Positions 15,621 through 29,220 of a DNA stretch of 64,000 nucleotides are shown here, in pieces. Each line of letters begins with the position of its first letter. Positions within the stretch are counted from its first letter, which is position 1. Location of the stretch: assembly GCA_047967505.1 (NCBI GenBank), contig CM106538.1. One strand, 5' to 3'. The stretch comes from Dipteris shenzhenensis. Its lineage: Eukaryota. Position numbers and translations under genes: made by a program. Under the pieces are notes generated by a model, which searched no databases, was not told the DNA's origin, and was given only the letters and a program-made list of their open reading frames with translations.

Positions 15621-16477
15621 GTGCTCGTCAAACATCTTGTATCCTGTCTGCTTTCTAGAGATGTCCTTGTTATTTGGAGAAACTCTCAAGAGATGCACGA
15701 AGAGTGGAAGCAATGCCTAATCAACCCAATCTAAGTAGTCTATGGGATTCAATAGAATGCAAGAAAAGGAGAGATAGCCTAAGTGCAGAAGTCATTGCCA
15801 CCATTTCCTATTGCTAAGGAACTTATGGCGCAATTTTTCCACTGAGCATAGACTTTCCAAGCTTGGACGAGAAGACCAAAGGATAATACTTCCACATGGA
15901 TCCATAAGTGTAGTGGTTCCATATTCAAACAGCTACATCGAAAGTAATATATCCATAAGTATAGTAGTCCCATGTAGGAGTGCCAAATGTATCATAAATA
16001 TAGCAGTCCCACATAAAATAGCTTCGAAAATAATATAACCACATCCCATGTATGTCTTGGCTTGTCTTACTTTTGCATGTACTTTGCTTTTCTCGCTCCT
16101 CACTATCCAGTCACTTCAGCCTTGGTCAGCCTCCCCGAGCTCGAATTATGAAGTTAAAAGACGGCGTAAAGACGCTTGGGGAGCAAGGATTTTAGCCTCG
16201 CCCAGTAGGTAATTCAGGACTGGCCTAGTGTTCACCTAGTCGAGTCTGAATGTTCCTTTACTAGTGAGCTCTCTCTCACTCATGAGGAGCACTTCCTAAG
16301 TGCCACACCAGCTCTGGTACATCAGCTTGTCAATAAAAGTGATGGGTTGGCAGATGAGCCTGTGATTGAGATGGAAAATTGCAAGCCCCCAGATCCACGG
16401 CTTTCTAGTGCGGCTCCAAATAAGGGTGCCCGATTCACGTTGAACCAGCTACTCCGCATCGAAAAGGATGGTTTTCC

Positions 16478-19400
16478 TTGCACGCACCTTCAACTAGGTG
16501 GAATTGACTTACATGCAAAGTGGCATTCCCATCGCATAAGTACTTGATCGGATAACACACCTAGCAGCGTGTTTCTTTACGGATGTGCATGACACGAGCA
16601 AAAATAGTATTTAATGCTCGATTGACCATGCAGAGGATATCCGATGGGCACAACACTTTTCATATGCCTCAACCTAGGTGGTATTGAAATGTTCTCAAAG
16701 AGGCACTCCCATCCGATAAGTACTTGCTCAGATAACACACCTAAGGGCATGTTTTTTTACGGATGTGCATATCACTAGGGGAAAAACGGTGTATAATGTG
16801 TGATCGACCATGCAAAGCATATCTGATGGTCACAATACTTTGCACACACCTCAACCTAGTTGAAAGATAATTGCGTGCAAAGTGGAGCCCCCATCTGATA
16901 AGTACTTGTTTGAATAACACACCTAAGACCATGTTTTTTTATGGTTGTGCATTACACTAAGGCAAAAATGGTGTTCTATGCTTGATCCACAATTGAAAGC
17001 ATATCCGATAGGCACAATACTTTGCACACACCTTCAACTAGGTGGAATTGAATTACATGCAAAGTGGCATTCCCATCGCATAAGTACTTGTTGGGATAAC
17101 ACACCTAGCAGCGTGTTTTTTTACGGATGTGCATGACACTAAGGCAAAAATGGCATTTAATGCTCGATTGACCATGTAAAGCATATCTTATGGGCACAAT
17201 ACTTTTCCTACACCTTAACCTATGTGGTATTGAAATGTTCTCAAAGAGGCACACCCATCCGATAAGTACTTGGTCAGATAACATACCTAAGGGCATATTT
17301 TTTTACAGATGTGCATATCACTACTAGAAAAATGTTGTATAATGCGTGATCGACCATGCAAAGCATATCCAATGGTGACAATACTTTGGATGCACCTCAA
17401 CCTAGTTGAAACGGATGTGTGTGCAAAGTGGAGCCCCCATCCACTAAGTACTTGTTTGAATAACACACCTAGGACCGTGTTCTTTTATGGTTGTGCATGA
17501 CACTAAGGCAAAAACGGTGTTTTATGCTTGATCGACAATGCAAAGCATATCTGATGGGCACAATACTTTGCACACACCTTCAACTAGGTGGAATTGACTT
17601 ACATGCAAAGTGGCATTCCCATCGCATAAGTACTTGATCGCATAACACACCTAGCAATGTGTCTTTTTACGGATGTGCATGACACTGAGGAAAAAATGGT
17701 ATTTAATGCTCGATCGACCATGCAAAGGATATCCGATGGGCACAATAATTTTCCTATGCCTTAACCTAGGTGGTATTTAAATGTTCTCAAAGGGGCACAC
17801 CCATCCAATAAGTACTTGGTCAGATAACATACCTAAGGGCATGTTTTTTTGCGGATGTGCATATCACTACAGGAAAAACGTTGTATAATGCGTGATTGAC
17901 CATGCAAAGCATATCCGATGGTGACAATACTTTGCACGCACCTCAACCTAGTTCAAAAGGACTTGCATAAAAAGTGGAACCCCCATCCGATAAGTACTTG
18001 TTTGAATAACACACCTAGGACCGTGTTTTTTTATGGTTGTGCATGACACTAAGGCAAAAATGGTGTTTTATGCTTGATCGACAATGCAAGCATATCCGAT
18101 GGGCACAATAATTTTCACACACCTTCAACTAGGAGGAATTGACTTATAGGCAAAGTGGCATTCCCATCGCATAAGTACTTGATCGGATAACACACCTAGC
18201 AATGTGTTTTTTTACGAATGTGCATGACACTAAGGCAAAAATGGCATTTAATGCTCGATCCACCATGCAAAGCATATCCGATGGGCACAATAATTTTCCT
18301 ATGCCTTAAACTAGGTGGTATTCAAATGTTCTCAAAGGGGCATACCCGTTCGATAAGTACTTGGTCAGATAACATACCTAAGGGCGTGTTTTCTTGCGAA
18401 TGTGCATATCACTACTGGAAAAATGTTGTATAATGCATGATCGACCATGCAAAGCATATTCGATGGTGACAATACTTTGCATGCATCTCAACCTAGTTGA
18501 AATGGACTTGCGTGCAAAGTGGAGGCCCCATCCGATAAGTACTTGTTTGAATAACACACCTAGGACCTTGTTTTTTTATGGTTGTGCATGACACTAACGC
18601 AAAACCGGTGTTTTATGCTTGATCGACAATGAAAAGCATATCCGATGGGCACAATACTTTGCATACACCTTAAAATAGGTGGAATTGACTTACATGTAGA
18701 GTGGAACGCTCATCTCATAAGTGTTTGATAGGATAACATACCTAGCAGCGTGTTTTTTTACGGATGTGCATGACACTAAGGCAAAAATAGTATTTAATGC
18801 TCGATCGACCATGCAAAGGATATCGTATGGGCACAACACTTTTCCTATGCCTCAACCTAGGTGGTATTGAAATGTTCTCAAAGGGGCACACCCATCCGAT
18901 AAGTACCTAGTCAGATAACACACCTAAGGGCGAGTTTTTTTGTGGATGTGCATATCACTAGGGGAAAATCGGTGTATAATGCATGATCGGCCATGCAAAG
19001 CAAATCCTATGGTCACAATACTTTGCACGCACCTCATCTTAGTTAAAAGATACTTGCGTGCAAAGTGGAGCCCCCATCTGATAAGTACTTGTTTGAATAA
19101 CACACCCAGGACCGTGTTTTTTTATGGTTGTGCATTACACTAAGGCAGAAACGTTGTTTTATGCTTGATCCATGACGCAAAACATATCCGACGGGCACAA
19201 TACTTTGCACACACCTTCAACTAGGTGGAATTGACTTACATGCAAAGTGGCATTCCCATCGCATAAGTACTTGATTAGATAACACACCTAGCAGTGTGTT
19301 TTTTTATAGATGTGCATGACACTAAGGCAAAAATGGTATTTAATGCTCGATCGACCATGCAAAGCATATCCGATGGGCACAATACTTTTCCTATGCCTTA

Positions 19401-22400
19401 ACCTAGGTGGTATTGAAATGTTCTTAACGAGGCACATGCATTCGATAAGTACTTGGTCAGATAACATACCTAAGGGTGTGCTTTTTTGCGGATGTGCATA
19501 TCACTACGGGAAAAACGTTGTATAATGCGTGATCGACCATGCAAAGCATATCCGATGGTGATAATACTTTGCACGCACCTCAACCCAGTTGAAACGTACT
19601 TGTGAGAAAAGTGGAGCCCGCATCCGATAAGTACTTGTTTGAATAACACACCTAGGACCTTGTTTTTTTATGGTTGTGCATGACACTAAGGCAAAAACGG
19701 TGTTTTATGCTTGATCGACAATGCAAAGCATATCCAATGGGAACAATACTTTGCACACACCTTCAAATAGGAGGAATTGACTTACATGCAAAGTGGTATT
19801 CCCATTGCATAAGTACTTGATCAGATAACACACCTAGCAGCGTGTTGTTTTATGGATGTGCATGACACTAAGGCAAAAATGGTATTTAATGCTCGATCGA
19901 CCATGCAAAGGATATCCGATGGGCACAATATTTTTCCTATGCCTTAACCTAGTAGGTGGTATTAAAATGTTCTCAAAGGGGCACACCTATCCGATAAGTA
20001 CTTGGTCAGATAACATACCTAAGGGCATGTTTTTTTACGGATGTGCATATCACTACCGGAAAAATGGTGTATAATGCGTGATCGACCATGCAAATCATAT
20101 CCGGTGGTGACAATACTTTGCACGCACCTCAACCTAGTTGAAACGGACTTGTGTACAAAGTGGAGCCCCCATCCGATAAGTACTTGTTTGAATAACACAC
20201 CTAGGACCGTGTTCTTTTATGGTTGTGCATGACACTAAGGCAAAAACGGTGTTTTATGCTTGATCGACAATGAAAAGCATATCCGATGGGTGCAATACTT
20301 TGCACAGACCCTCAAATAGGTGGAATTTACTTACATGCAAAGTGGCATTCCCATCGCATAAGTACTTGATCGGATAACACACCTAGCAGTGTGTTTTTTT
20401 ATAGATATGCATGACTCAGGCAAAAATGGCATTTAATGCTCGATCGGCCATGCAAAGCATATCCGATGGGCACAATACTTTTCCTACACCTTAAACCAGG
20501 TGGTATTCAAATGTTCTCAAAGAGGCACACCCATCCGATAAGTAATGGGTCAGATAACATACCTAAGGGCGTGTTTTTTTGCGGATGTGCATATCACTAC
20601 CGGAAAAACGTTGTATAATGGATAATCGACCATGTAGAGCATATCAAATGGTGACAATACTTTGCACGCATCTCAACCTAGTTGAAACAGACTTGGGTGC
20701 AAAGTGGAGCCCCCATCCGATAAGTATTTGTTTGGTTAACACACCTAGGACCGTGTTTTTTTATGGTTGTGCATGACACTAAGGCAAAAACGGTGTTTTA
20801 TGCTTGATCGACAATGCAAAGCATATCCGATGGGCACAATACTTTGCACACACCTTCAACTAGGTGGAATTGACTTACATGCAAAGTGGCACGCCCATCC
20901 CATAAGTGCTTGATCAGATAACATACCTAGCAGCGTGTTTTTTTACGGATGTGCATGACACTAGAGCAAAAATAGTATTTAATGCTCGATCGATCATGCA
21001 AAGGATATCCGATGGGCACAACACTTTTCTGATGCCTTAACCTAGGTGGTATTGAAATGTTCTCAAAGAGGCACTCCCATCCGATAAGTACTTAGTCAGA
21101 TAACAGACCTAAGGGCGTGTTTTTTTGCGGATGTGCACATCACTAGGGGAGAAACGGTGTATAATGCATGATTAGCCATGCAAAGCATATTTGATGGTCA
21201 CAATACTTTGCACACACCTCAACCTAGTTGAAAGATAATTGCGTGCAAAGTGGAGTCCCCATCTGATAAGTACTTGTTTGAATAACACACCTGGGACCAT
21301 GTTTTTTTATGGTTGTGCATTACACTAAGGCAAAAACGGTTTTCTATGCTTGATCCACAATTGAAAGCATATCCGATGGGAAAAATACTTTGCACAAACC
21401 TTCAGCTAGGTGGAATTGAATTACATGCAAAGTGGCATTCCCATTGCATAAGTACTTGTTGGGATAACACACCTAGCAGCGTGTTTTTTTACGGATGTGC
21501 ATGACACTAAGGCAAAAATGGTATTTAATGCTCGATTGACCATGCAAAGCATATCTGATAGGCACAATACTTTTCCTATGCCTTAACCTAGGTGGTATTC
21601 AAATTTTCTCAAAGAGGCACACCCATCGGATAAGTACTTAGTCAGATAACATACCTAAGGGTGTGTTTTTTTATGGATGTGCATATCACTGCTGGAAAAA
21701 CCTTGTATAATGCATGATCGACCATGCAAAGCATATCCGATGTGTCAATACTTTGCACGCACCTCAACCTAGTTGAAACGGACTTGCGTGCAAGGTGGAG
21801 CCCCCATCCGATAAGTACTTGTTTGAATAACACACCTAGGACCGTGTTCTTTTATGGTTGTGCATGACACTAAGGCAAAAACGGTGTTTTATGCTTGATC
21901 GACAATGTAAAGCATATCCGATGGGTGAAATACTTTGCACACACCTTCAACTAGGAGGAATTGACTTACATGCAAATTGGCATTCCCATCGCATAAGTAC
22001 TTGATCAGATAACACACCTAGCAGCGTGTTTTTTACAGATGTGCATGACACAGGCAGAAATGGTATTTAATGCTTGATCGACCATGCAAAGCATATCCGA
22101 TGGGCACAATACTTTTCCTACACCTTAACCTAGGTGGTATTGTAATGTTCTCAAAGAGGCACACCCAGGGTCAGATAACATACCTAAGGGCGTGTTTTTT
22201 TGTGGATGTGCATATCACTACTAGAAAAATGATGTATAATGCGTAATTGACCATGCAGAGCATATCCGATGGTGACAATACTTTGCATGCATCTCAACCT
22301 AGTTGAAACAGACTTGCGTGCAAAGTGGAGCCCCCATCCGATAAGTACTTGTTTGATTAACACACCTAGGACCAAGGTAAAAACAGTGTTTTATGCTTGA

Positions 22401-22555
22401 TCGTCAATGCAAAGCATATCCGATGGGCACAATACTTTGCACACACCTTGAACTAGGTGGAATTAACTTACATGCAAAGTGGCATTTCCATCGCATAAGT
22501 ACTTGATCGGATAACACACCTAGGAGCGTGTTTTTTTACGGATGTGCATGACACT
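16478..22555 (+). repeat. 182-bp satellite with 3-monomer (546-bp) higher-order unit; about 33 monomers
   Basis: ATAAGTACTTG..GATAACACACCTA recurs every ~182 bp in three alternating variants (GGCATTCCC, GGCACACCC, GGAGCCCCC). Confidence 0.97.
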
Positions 22556-22569
22556 ATGTTCTCTCAGGA

Positions 22570-25141
22570 GTGGAAGAGCTTCAAGGTTCTCAATACTCTC
22601 GTAGAATATTGAATTCATTGAATGGTCCTAAGAGTATGTTAAAAACGAGGATGAGATCAACAGAGGATTATTCAATATTTAACTTTGATTGTGATATGGC
22701 CAAGGATGCAATGACCAATCATGGATGCTTGGTTACAAACAAATGTGAGGAGAAGAAGTGCATAAATACAGATAACAACGTGCACGTGGAACGAAAACGG
22801 TCATACATATGCATGAAGAGAAAGCGAATCCAGGCAGATCCACAAAAGCAACCAAAGAGGAAGAGAGTAATGAAGGAGGAGAACATGTTAAATGCATTGG
22901 GATATCTATGTTGCAAGCGAAGATGTATGCACTTCATTGATCTTGCAGACATCAAGGAATGTAGAGGACACATGTGGCAAAGAAGAGGAAGCGAAAGAAA
23001 TGAATACCTTCTCACAAGTCTCTCTTGCTTTCTTCAGAATGGCAATAAAAGGCTAAGTTGAAGACAAAAGGTAAAACCTCTCATGAATGAAAAAAAGATT
23101 TGCAATAAGGCATATCGCAATATTACTGGATTATCCCATGGTACATATTGGGATTTAGTCACCAAGGCAAAGGGTGGCAACACATTTAGCATTCACGGTA
23201 ATAGAGGAAGGTCCAAATCAAGAATCTCAACTATTAGGGCAGCAGCAATTTTGCAAGACTTCATACATGAAAATGCTTTACCTCAACCCCATATATCTAG
23301 CAAACTCCCTAACGGTGATGTGATCACTGAAATGCACCTTCCAATGGGCTTGACAAAGCTCGAAGTATTTGACTCTATTGCAAAAAAGCAAAGGCAAAGA
23401 GGGGATGCCGTAGCTTCTTCTCATACTTTGTATACTCTATGGAAGAAGAACTTTGGATATGTTAAAATCCCAAGGAGGCAAAAAATGTCAAAGTGCAATG
23501 TCTGTGATGATTTAAAGCGAGCGATTGAGAATGCAACATGTCCAAATCAAAGGGAATTATACAAAAAAAACCAAAATCTCATCATGACCTTATTCGACAT
23601 TCCAGACAAAAATATGCATTTTGGAAGGAGCAAGCTATTTGGCATCCTAATGAATACATGTGCCTTATTGTAGATGGCATGGATCAAAATACAACAACAT
23701 TGCCTTGTTTTGTTGCCACTCCACCTAAATTACAAGGAAAGCACTTTCTAAAGACACATCTATGTGGAGTGTTAGTGCATGGAATTAAGTTCTTTGTAGA
23801 TATATGGATTGATTCCTTGCATCTACATGATAGCAATCAAGTTGTAGCATCTATTATGAAGGCAATCCGCAATGTACATGCAGAAAAAGGTTGCCTACCA
23901 CCGACTTTGAGAATACAAGCTGATAATTGCTGGCAAGAAAATAAGAATCTACTCATGTTTGCATTCTGCTCCATGCTAGTTGCTCATCGAATCTTCAATG
24001 AGGTCGAATGTGGATTTTTGTATGTTGGGCATACACATGAGGATATCGATCAGGTTTTTAGCACAGTCTCAAGGGAGCTTAAATGCAAGGATGTGGAGAC
24101 AATAGATGACTTGGTAAGAAGATGTGGCAGGCAAGTTGGTGGTCGTAAGGAAAGTACAGTATGTGAGAGGCTCAAAAGAATGTATGATTGGAAGAGCTTC
24201 ATTCTACCTTTCATACAAACGGGTGGTGATGCATTGACAAGTCATATCAATCCACACTACTTCATTTTTTTTTGAAAGATGAAAAACTCGTAATGCAATG
24301 GCAACAGTATTCTCATGATACAAAATGGGAACGTGAAGAACCTTATAGTCTCTTAACTTCAATTCCCAGCAAGGAAAGGTATCCAACATGGGCTCCTATA
24401 CAAGAATTCAATGAGAGGTCTAACTGTGAAATAGAAGGATTAAAAGCATTTATTACATACAAAGAGGAAATGCTCCGGAGATATCCTGATTCGAAGCCTA
24501 CTTGGAGAGAACACACTACCACTGTAATTAACAAGACACGAAATTTAATAAAGGACCTTGAGAGAATGCGAGGCTTAAAGGATGTCAAGGAAGAATGCAA
24601 TATGTTTTGGCCAAATGTTCATAACGATTTGCGCCCAGCTCCAGTCTTTGAAAATGAATTTGTATCATTACTCCCACATCCATATTGTGAACCAAAGAAG
24701 AGAGAGTTTATGCCACAAGTAGATATAGAGGTCGATGGTTTTGTTGTGGTTTGGCCATCGGATGATGAATATGAGAATGTGAAGTTTTGGGTTGCAAAAG
24801 TAGTTGATGTGCAAAGAGATGACCAAGGGAGAGCTACAACATTTACAGCAGTATGGTATGAGCCAAAGGGCAGGAAGGAGAATATGGACAACAACACATT
24901 GTATACTAATTGTATAATAAAGGAGTGGGTCCCAAATGATGAAGCAGTCTCTCAAGTTTCGACGAAGACAATCATAGTGTCTTGGCATTCAAGGACAAAG
25001 AAATCAAAGAAGCGCATGGGATATGAGGTAGAAGGAAAAATAAAAATACCACAGCAAAGTATTTTGCATATACACGAATTTTTAAGGATGCTCGCCATGG
25101 AGGAAGTAGAAGGAGACAGCGCAAATGAAGAATGTCCATGA
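22570..25141 (+). pseudogene. Sola1-like / DUF7869-type DDE transposase of about 855 codons, with one in-frame stop and two homopolymer frameshifts
   Basis: N-terminal Cys motifs CCKRRC and CNVCD. Catalytic-type motifs IVDGMDQ, IQADNCWQENKN and FLYVGHTHEDIDQVFS. C-terminal FWVAKV..AVWYEP. Stop at 23059-61; frameshifts at the A-run (~23563-70) and the T-run (~24265-73). Confidence 0.8.
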
Positions 25142-25269
25142 TTAAAGGTTTGTATTGAAGTCCATTGAAGGATTTTATTTGGGTACTAGGCAAGAAGCCA
25201 ATTCAAGACAATTATAATCAGAGTCATCACCTCCTATGTCAAATGAGAGTCAAAATATGCACTGGATGT

Positions 25270-25490
25270 CACCCAAGGGTCAAGGCTTGGCAAGACAATA
25301 GGGAGTTAATGCAGATGGCACCTGGCAAGGGATTGTCACATTGACCAATAAGACAATGGGGAGTCAATGCACCCAAGGGGCAAGGCTTGGCAAGACAAGT
25401 GGGAGTTAATGTAGATGGCACCTGGCAAGGGACTATCGTGACATTGAGCAAGAAGACAATGGGGAGTCAAATTATGCAGATGGCATGAAT
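25270..25490 (+). repeat. About 100-bp tandem repeat downstream of the transposase
   Basis: CACCCAAGGG.CAAGGCTTGGCAAGACAA at about 25270 and 25370, plus a partial third copy. Confidence 0.8.
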
Positions 25491-26029
25491 TGAGGCTCTT
25501 TAAGAGCAACAATTTAAATTGTAAACATATGTTCAATCTATATCATTTTGGATACAAAGACTCCAGCTAAGAGCAACGTCTCTCAATGTAAACATATAAT
25601 GATAGCTATAATTGCTATTATAATTCTTTGGTTCAATACAAAACTTGGGTCTTATGGCATCATGTCTTTTTTCTATTTATTAAAAGTTTTAAAAATTTTG
25701 TGCATATTGCAAGTGACAATGTTATTTTCATGAAATATTTAAGTCTCCTTTCATGTATTTATAAATTTATCATGTCAAGGAAAAATATTAAAAATAATTA
25801 AATTAACAAATAACTTAGGTATAGCTAGAATTTCTAAAATAGGATTATTTCAAATTCTTGCATGTTGGTGCAAAAGTACAGATTGAAAAAACAATATTTT
25901 TATGTGAATATGATAGTGCCACAAAGTGAACTTTTGATTTAGGAAGAATATTTTTAGAAAGTAAAATTTTGATTTGGGAAGGATATTTTCACAAAGTAAA
26001 CTTTTCATTTGGGAAGGATTTTTGGGCTT

Positions 26030-26051
26030 CAAAATTAATGAAATAGGTGTT
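26030..26051. repeat. Putative terminal inverted repeat (22 bp) of the giant Sola-like element
   Basis: CAAAATTAATGAAATAGGTGTT, identical to 63864-63885. It is followed by TTAG, the reverse complement of CTAA. About 36-bp subterminal repeats lie at 25925-26020. Confidence 0.7.
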
Positions 26052-26330
26052 TTAGGTTAGTAAACTACTAATTAGTACCTGTTAGTGGTTGTTAGTGCAC
26101 GTTAGTTCAGTAACCTGCTAATTTAGTAATACTTAATGACATGCTATTTCATGCTTGTTAGTTTAATGCTATCTAGTGTTGCTTTTTTTTGCATGTTAGT
26201 GCCTGATAATGCATGTTAGTGTTGTCTGCTAGTGTTGCTTGTTATTGACCCACTTGTTAGTGCTTATTAGTTCAGTAACCTGCTAATTAGTACTTGTTGG
26301 TGCCTGTTAATACTTGTTGATTCTTGATCA
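26052..26330 (+). repeat. About 11-12-bp minisatellite (TTAGTGCTTG / TAATTAGTAC)
   Basis: Repeated GTTAGTGC and CTAATTAGTAC; the reverse complement occurs at 63886-64000. Confidence 0.8.
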
Positions 26331-26350
26331 TAATATGATCACTTTTGTAG

Positions 26351-27750
26351 ATAAAATTTTTTATCACATTGGATGTTTTCATGTGCAAGTTGAGTTATTT
26401 ATAGAGTTCAGTAAAAATTATCTAGACATCACAATGCAACAACACCCATTTGAATGATTAAAACCAGTTTTTGTCCGTAAATTAAAGGATAGATATACAT
26501 GTTGCTATATTCAACATGTCCAAATGGCCTTCTTGAAAGACTCCATCAATATCATGCGTCGTCTCAAAATCGGTCTACATGGAGTGCATTGTTATTGCAA
26601 TTATGAAATATGTGCAAGGGACAATACTGGAGTGTTTTTTATCAAAATATTCTAACCATACATACACTAGCATTATGTGCTTTTGAAAAAGTGTTTTTTA
26701 TCAAAAGCCTTCAAGAAGCATGTACTATCACTTGGAATGCCTCATGGGAGAATGTACTAGTTGTGAGCCAAAAACATTTCTGGCCTACCCATAAGGGAAG
26801 GTTAACTCTATGCACCATGTTTCCATTAAGGTTTTTGAGGATCTAGACACAGGGGGAGAAAAAAAGAAGAAAGGTGCTCACATTCAAGAAAATGACCAGT
26901 AGTGCCTTGTTACAGATGTCTTGGGATTGCATGAAGAATTTCATTAAGCATAACTTCAGGTGGCAAGCTGAACAATTTAAAGAGTGTCTGCAAAGGTTTC
27001 CTAAACATGTTGTTGTGTCTGTGGTGGTGGATTTTGCAAAAAATTACACCTTTAAGGAACAAAATGAGATACAATCTATGCACTGGCACTCAAACCAAGT
27101 CACTATTCTTGTTCAAATCACATATGTTTGGATAAGAGGTGAGGTTCAAAAAACCATCCATTTCTACATATATGATGACAAGGTGCATGATACTCTATTT
27201 ATTTAGCATTGTTTTATGCTACATCACAATTGGTTGGTAGGATAAGATTTAGCACTAAAGCAGCATTGGGTTTGGTTAGATGGTGCAGCTTCCTAGTTTA
27301 AAGCGAGATGGCCTTTTTTCTTTGTTGCAAGGTATCCTTCCTTAACTAACCTGAAGATGACATGGAATTACTTTAGCTCTGGTCATGGAAAGGGTGAGCA
27401 TGATGGAGAAGGGGCTATTGTGAAAAGAGCCTTGACACATGAGAAATTGAAGGAAAATTCAGATAAGCTTACTTGTGCTGCCGATGTGGTGAGGATTCTG
27501 CATTTAGATCTCTCAAATGGAGCTCAAGCCTCCTATCCATCAAAAGAAATGAATATAAGAAGGTTGTTCTGGGAGGTGAAGGTAGGAGAAGTGGATATAT
27601 CAGTAGCATGGGACTGTGCTCCTATTCCCCTAGTGCGATCGTTGCACTCAGTCTTTGGATTCTCAGAACACAAATGTAAATAGCTCAGAATGTGAAAGTT
27701 GTCATGCTATTGTTGTGCTTGCATTTCAAGTTCTTGGAAACATTGTATTC
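26351..27750 (+). pseudogene. Sola2-like DDE transposase remnant lacking its N-terminus
   Basis: LKPVFVRKLKDRYTCC..H, VVDFAKNYTFKEQNEIQSMHW, WLDGAAS*FK, GHGKGEHDGEG and SCYCCAC, with many stops. A TTTTGTAG acceptor-like site ends at 26350. Confidence 0.75.
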
Positions 27751-29102
27751 AAAATTTTTGGACTTTTTTTCCAAATAGGTCACCTCCACATCATATTCAC
27801 CTAGTACACTCAAAAATGGGTATTTTTAGAGCACTACATATATTCACTTGCACACAACTATGGCCTATAAAACAAGAGTAGAGGTATAGTGCATAGGGAA
27901 GAGAATGTGAGGGGAAGGAAATTTCATTTTTAGTATAGTATTGTGCACATTTGATGTCAAAAATGAAATCATTGTCCCTTTTTCAATAGTTTTGACAACA
28001 AACATGACTACATTCTCAAATTTCTAGTCAAAGTTATGATGGAAATGGGGAAAGGTAAAAAATTGGGGGTTATTACTAATGTACAACCAAAAATCACAAC
28101 TTAGTACATAAGCTCAAAGAGAAAAGCATAATTTCCAATCAATTTTATCTTCTCATTAATTTGTAATTAATTATTAATTATTTTTTAATCAATATTATTT
28201 ACTAATTAACTTCTCTTAAAAAATATAATGAATTGTTAATTAATCATCAATCTAGTTGTTATATAATTTTAATTACTAAATACCTCCTTAAGGAAAGATG
28301 CCTCAATAGCATTATTGACGCTGCCTACAGGATATTAGCCAATTCAAAAGGGAGGGAAGAAAGGATAGCAGATTACTTTGGTCGAGCAAATGTGGGCATC
28401 AAATTATTTCTTAATCATTTACTAATTAATTTGTTATTATTTATTCATTAAATATTAAATAAATTACATGTATATGATAATCCAAGAGTTGTTGCTATCA
28501 ACATATAGGTGGTGTAAAGATACACGTTTTTTTGAAAATGATGCATAAGATATCTTCTCTTATGTCTCTAAATATCCTCTAAAGTCATTAGTCTACTTTG
28601 TTGTAGCCTATTGATGCACAATTGAAAACCTAATAGCCCATTGATGCACACCTTAACCCTCATGTAGATTGAAATCCTGCATTCAGAAACAAAGGTTAGC
28701 AATGGAAATGGAAAGTAGAATTTAATTGCTTCTAAAATAATTTACTTGACTAGCAACCATCCCTCAAAATAGGAAACAAAACAAAAGATGCATGACTATG
28801 CTTCTAGCTTATGTGTGTATCTCTAATGGGCTTGATACTTTGCACAAGCATTAAATTAAATGTACTAAGTGAGATTCAGGGCTCTACATGGTTAGACATG
28901 CACATTTCTTAGTTTCTTAGCATGAATCATACATGAGTGTTAAAAAATATGCATAAGTGTACTTCTAGCCTATGGACCCATCTCTAATGAGCATAATACT
29001 TTAGATAAGCCTTAATCTAAGTAAGGTTAAGGCTTGTGCAAATCATCATATCCTTTGGATATCATTTTCATGGTTGTACATGCATATTTTCTTCTTTTCT
29101 TA

Positions 29103-29220
29103 CCTAAATCCTAAACCCTAAACCCTAAATCCTAAACCTTAAACCCTAAATGCTAAACCCTAAACCATCAACCCTAAATGTTAAACCCCAAATCTTAAAA
29201 GTTAAACCCTAATCCCTAAA
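29103..29220 (-). repeat. Degenerate interstitial plant telomeric repeat (TTTAGGG)n
   Basis: CCCTAAA, CCTAAAT and CCTTAAA units in tandem. Confidence 0.8.

Noticed and set aside
16347-16477. Restored single ORF across the re-joined inversion flanks (with 41015-41380)
   Set aside because: The joined frames hit stops within about 45 codons or fewer, so no gene can be claimed.
16478-22555. CRISPR-like array next to a nuclease gene
   Set aside because: There are no unique spacers because whole monomers are homologous, there are no cas genes, and the context is eukaryotic.
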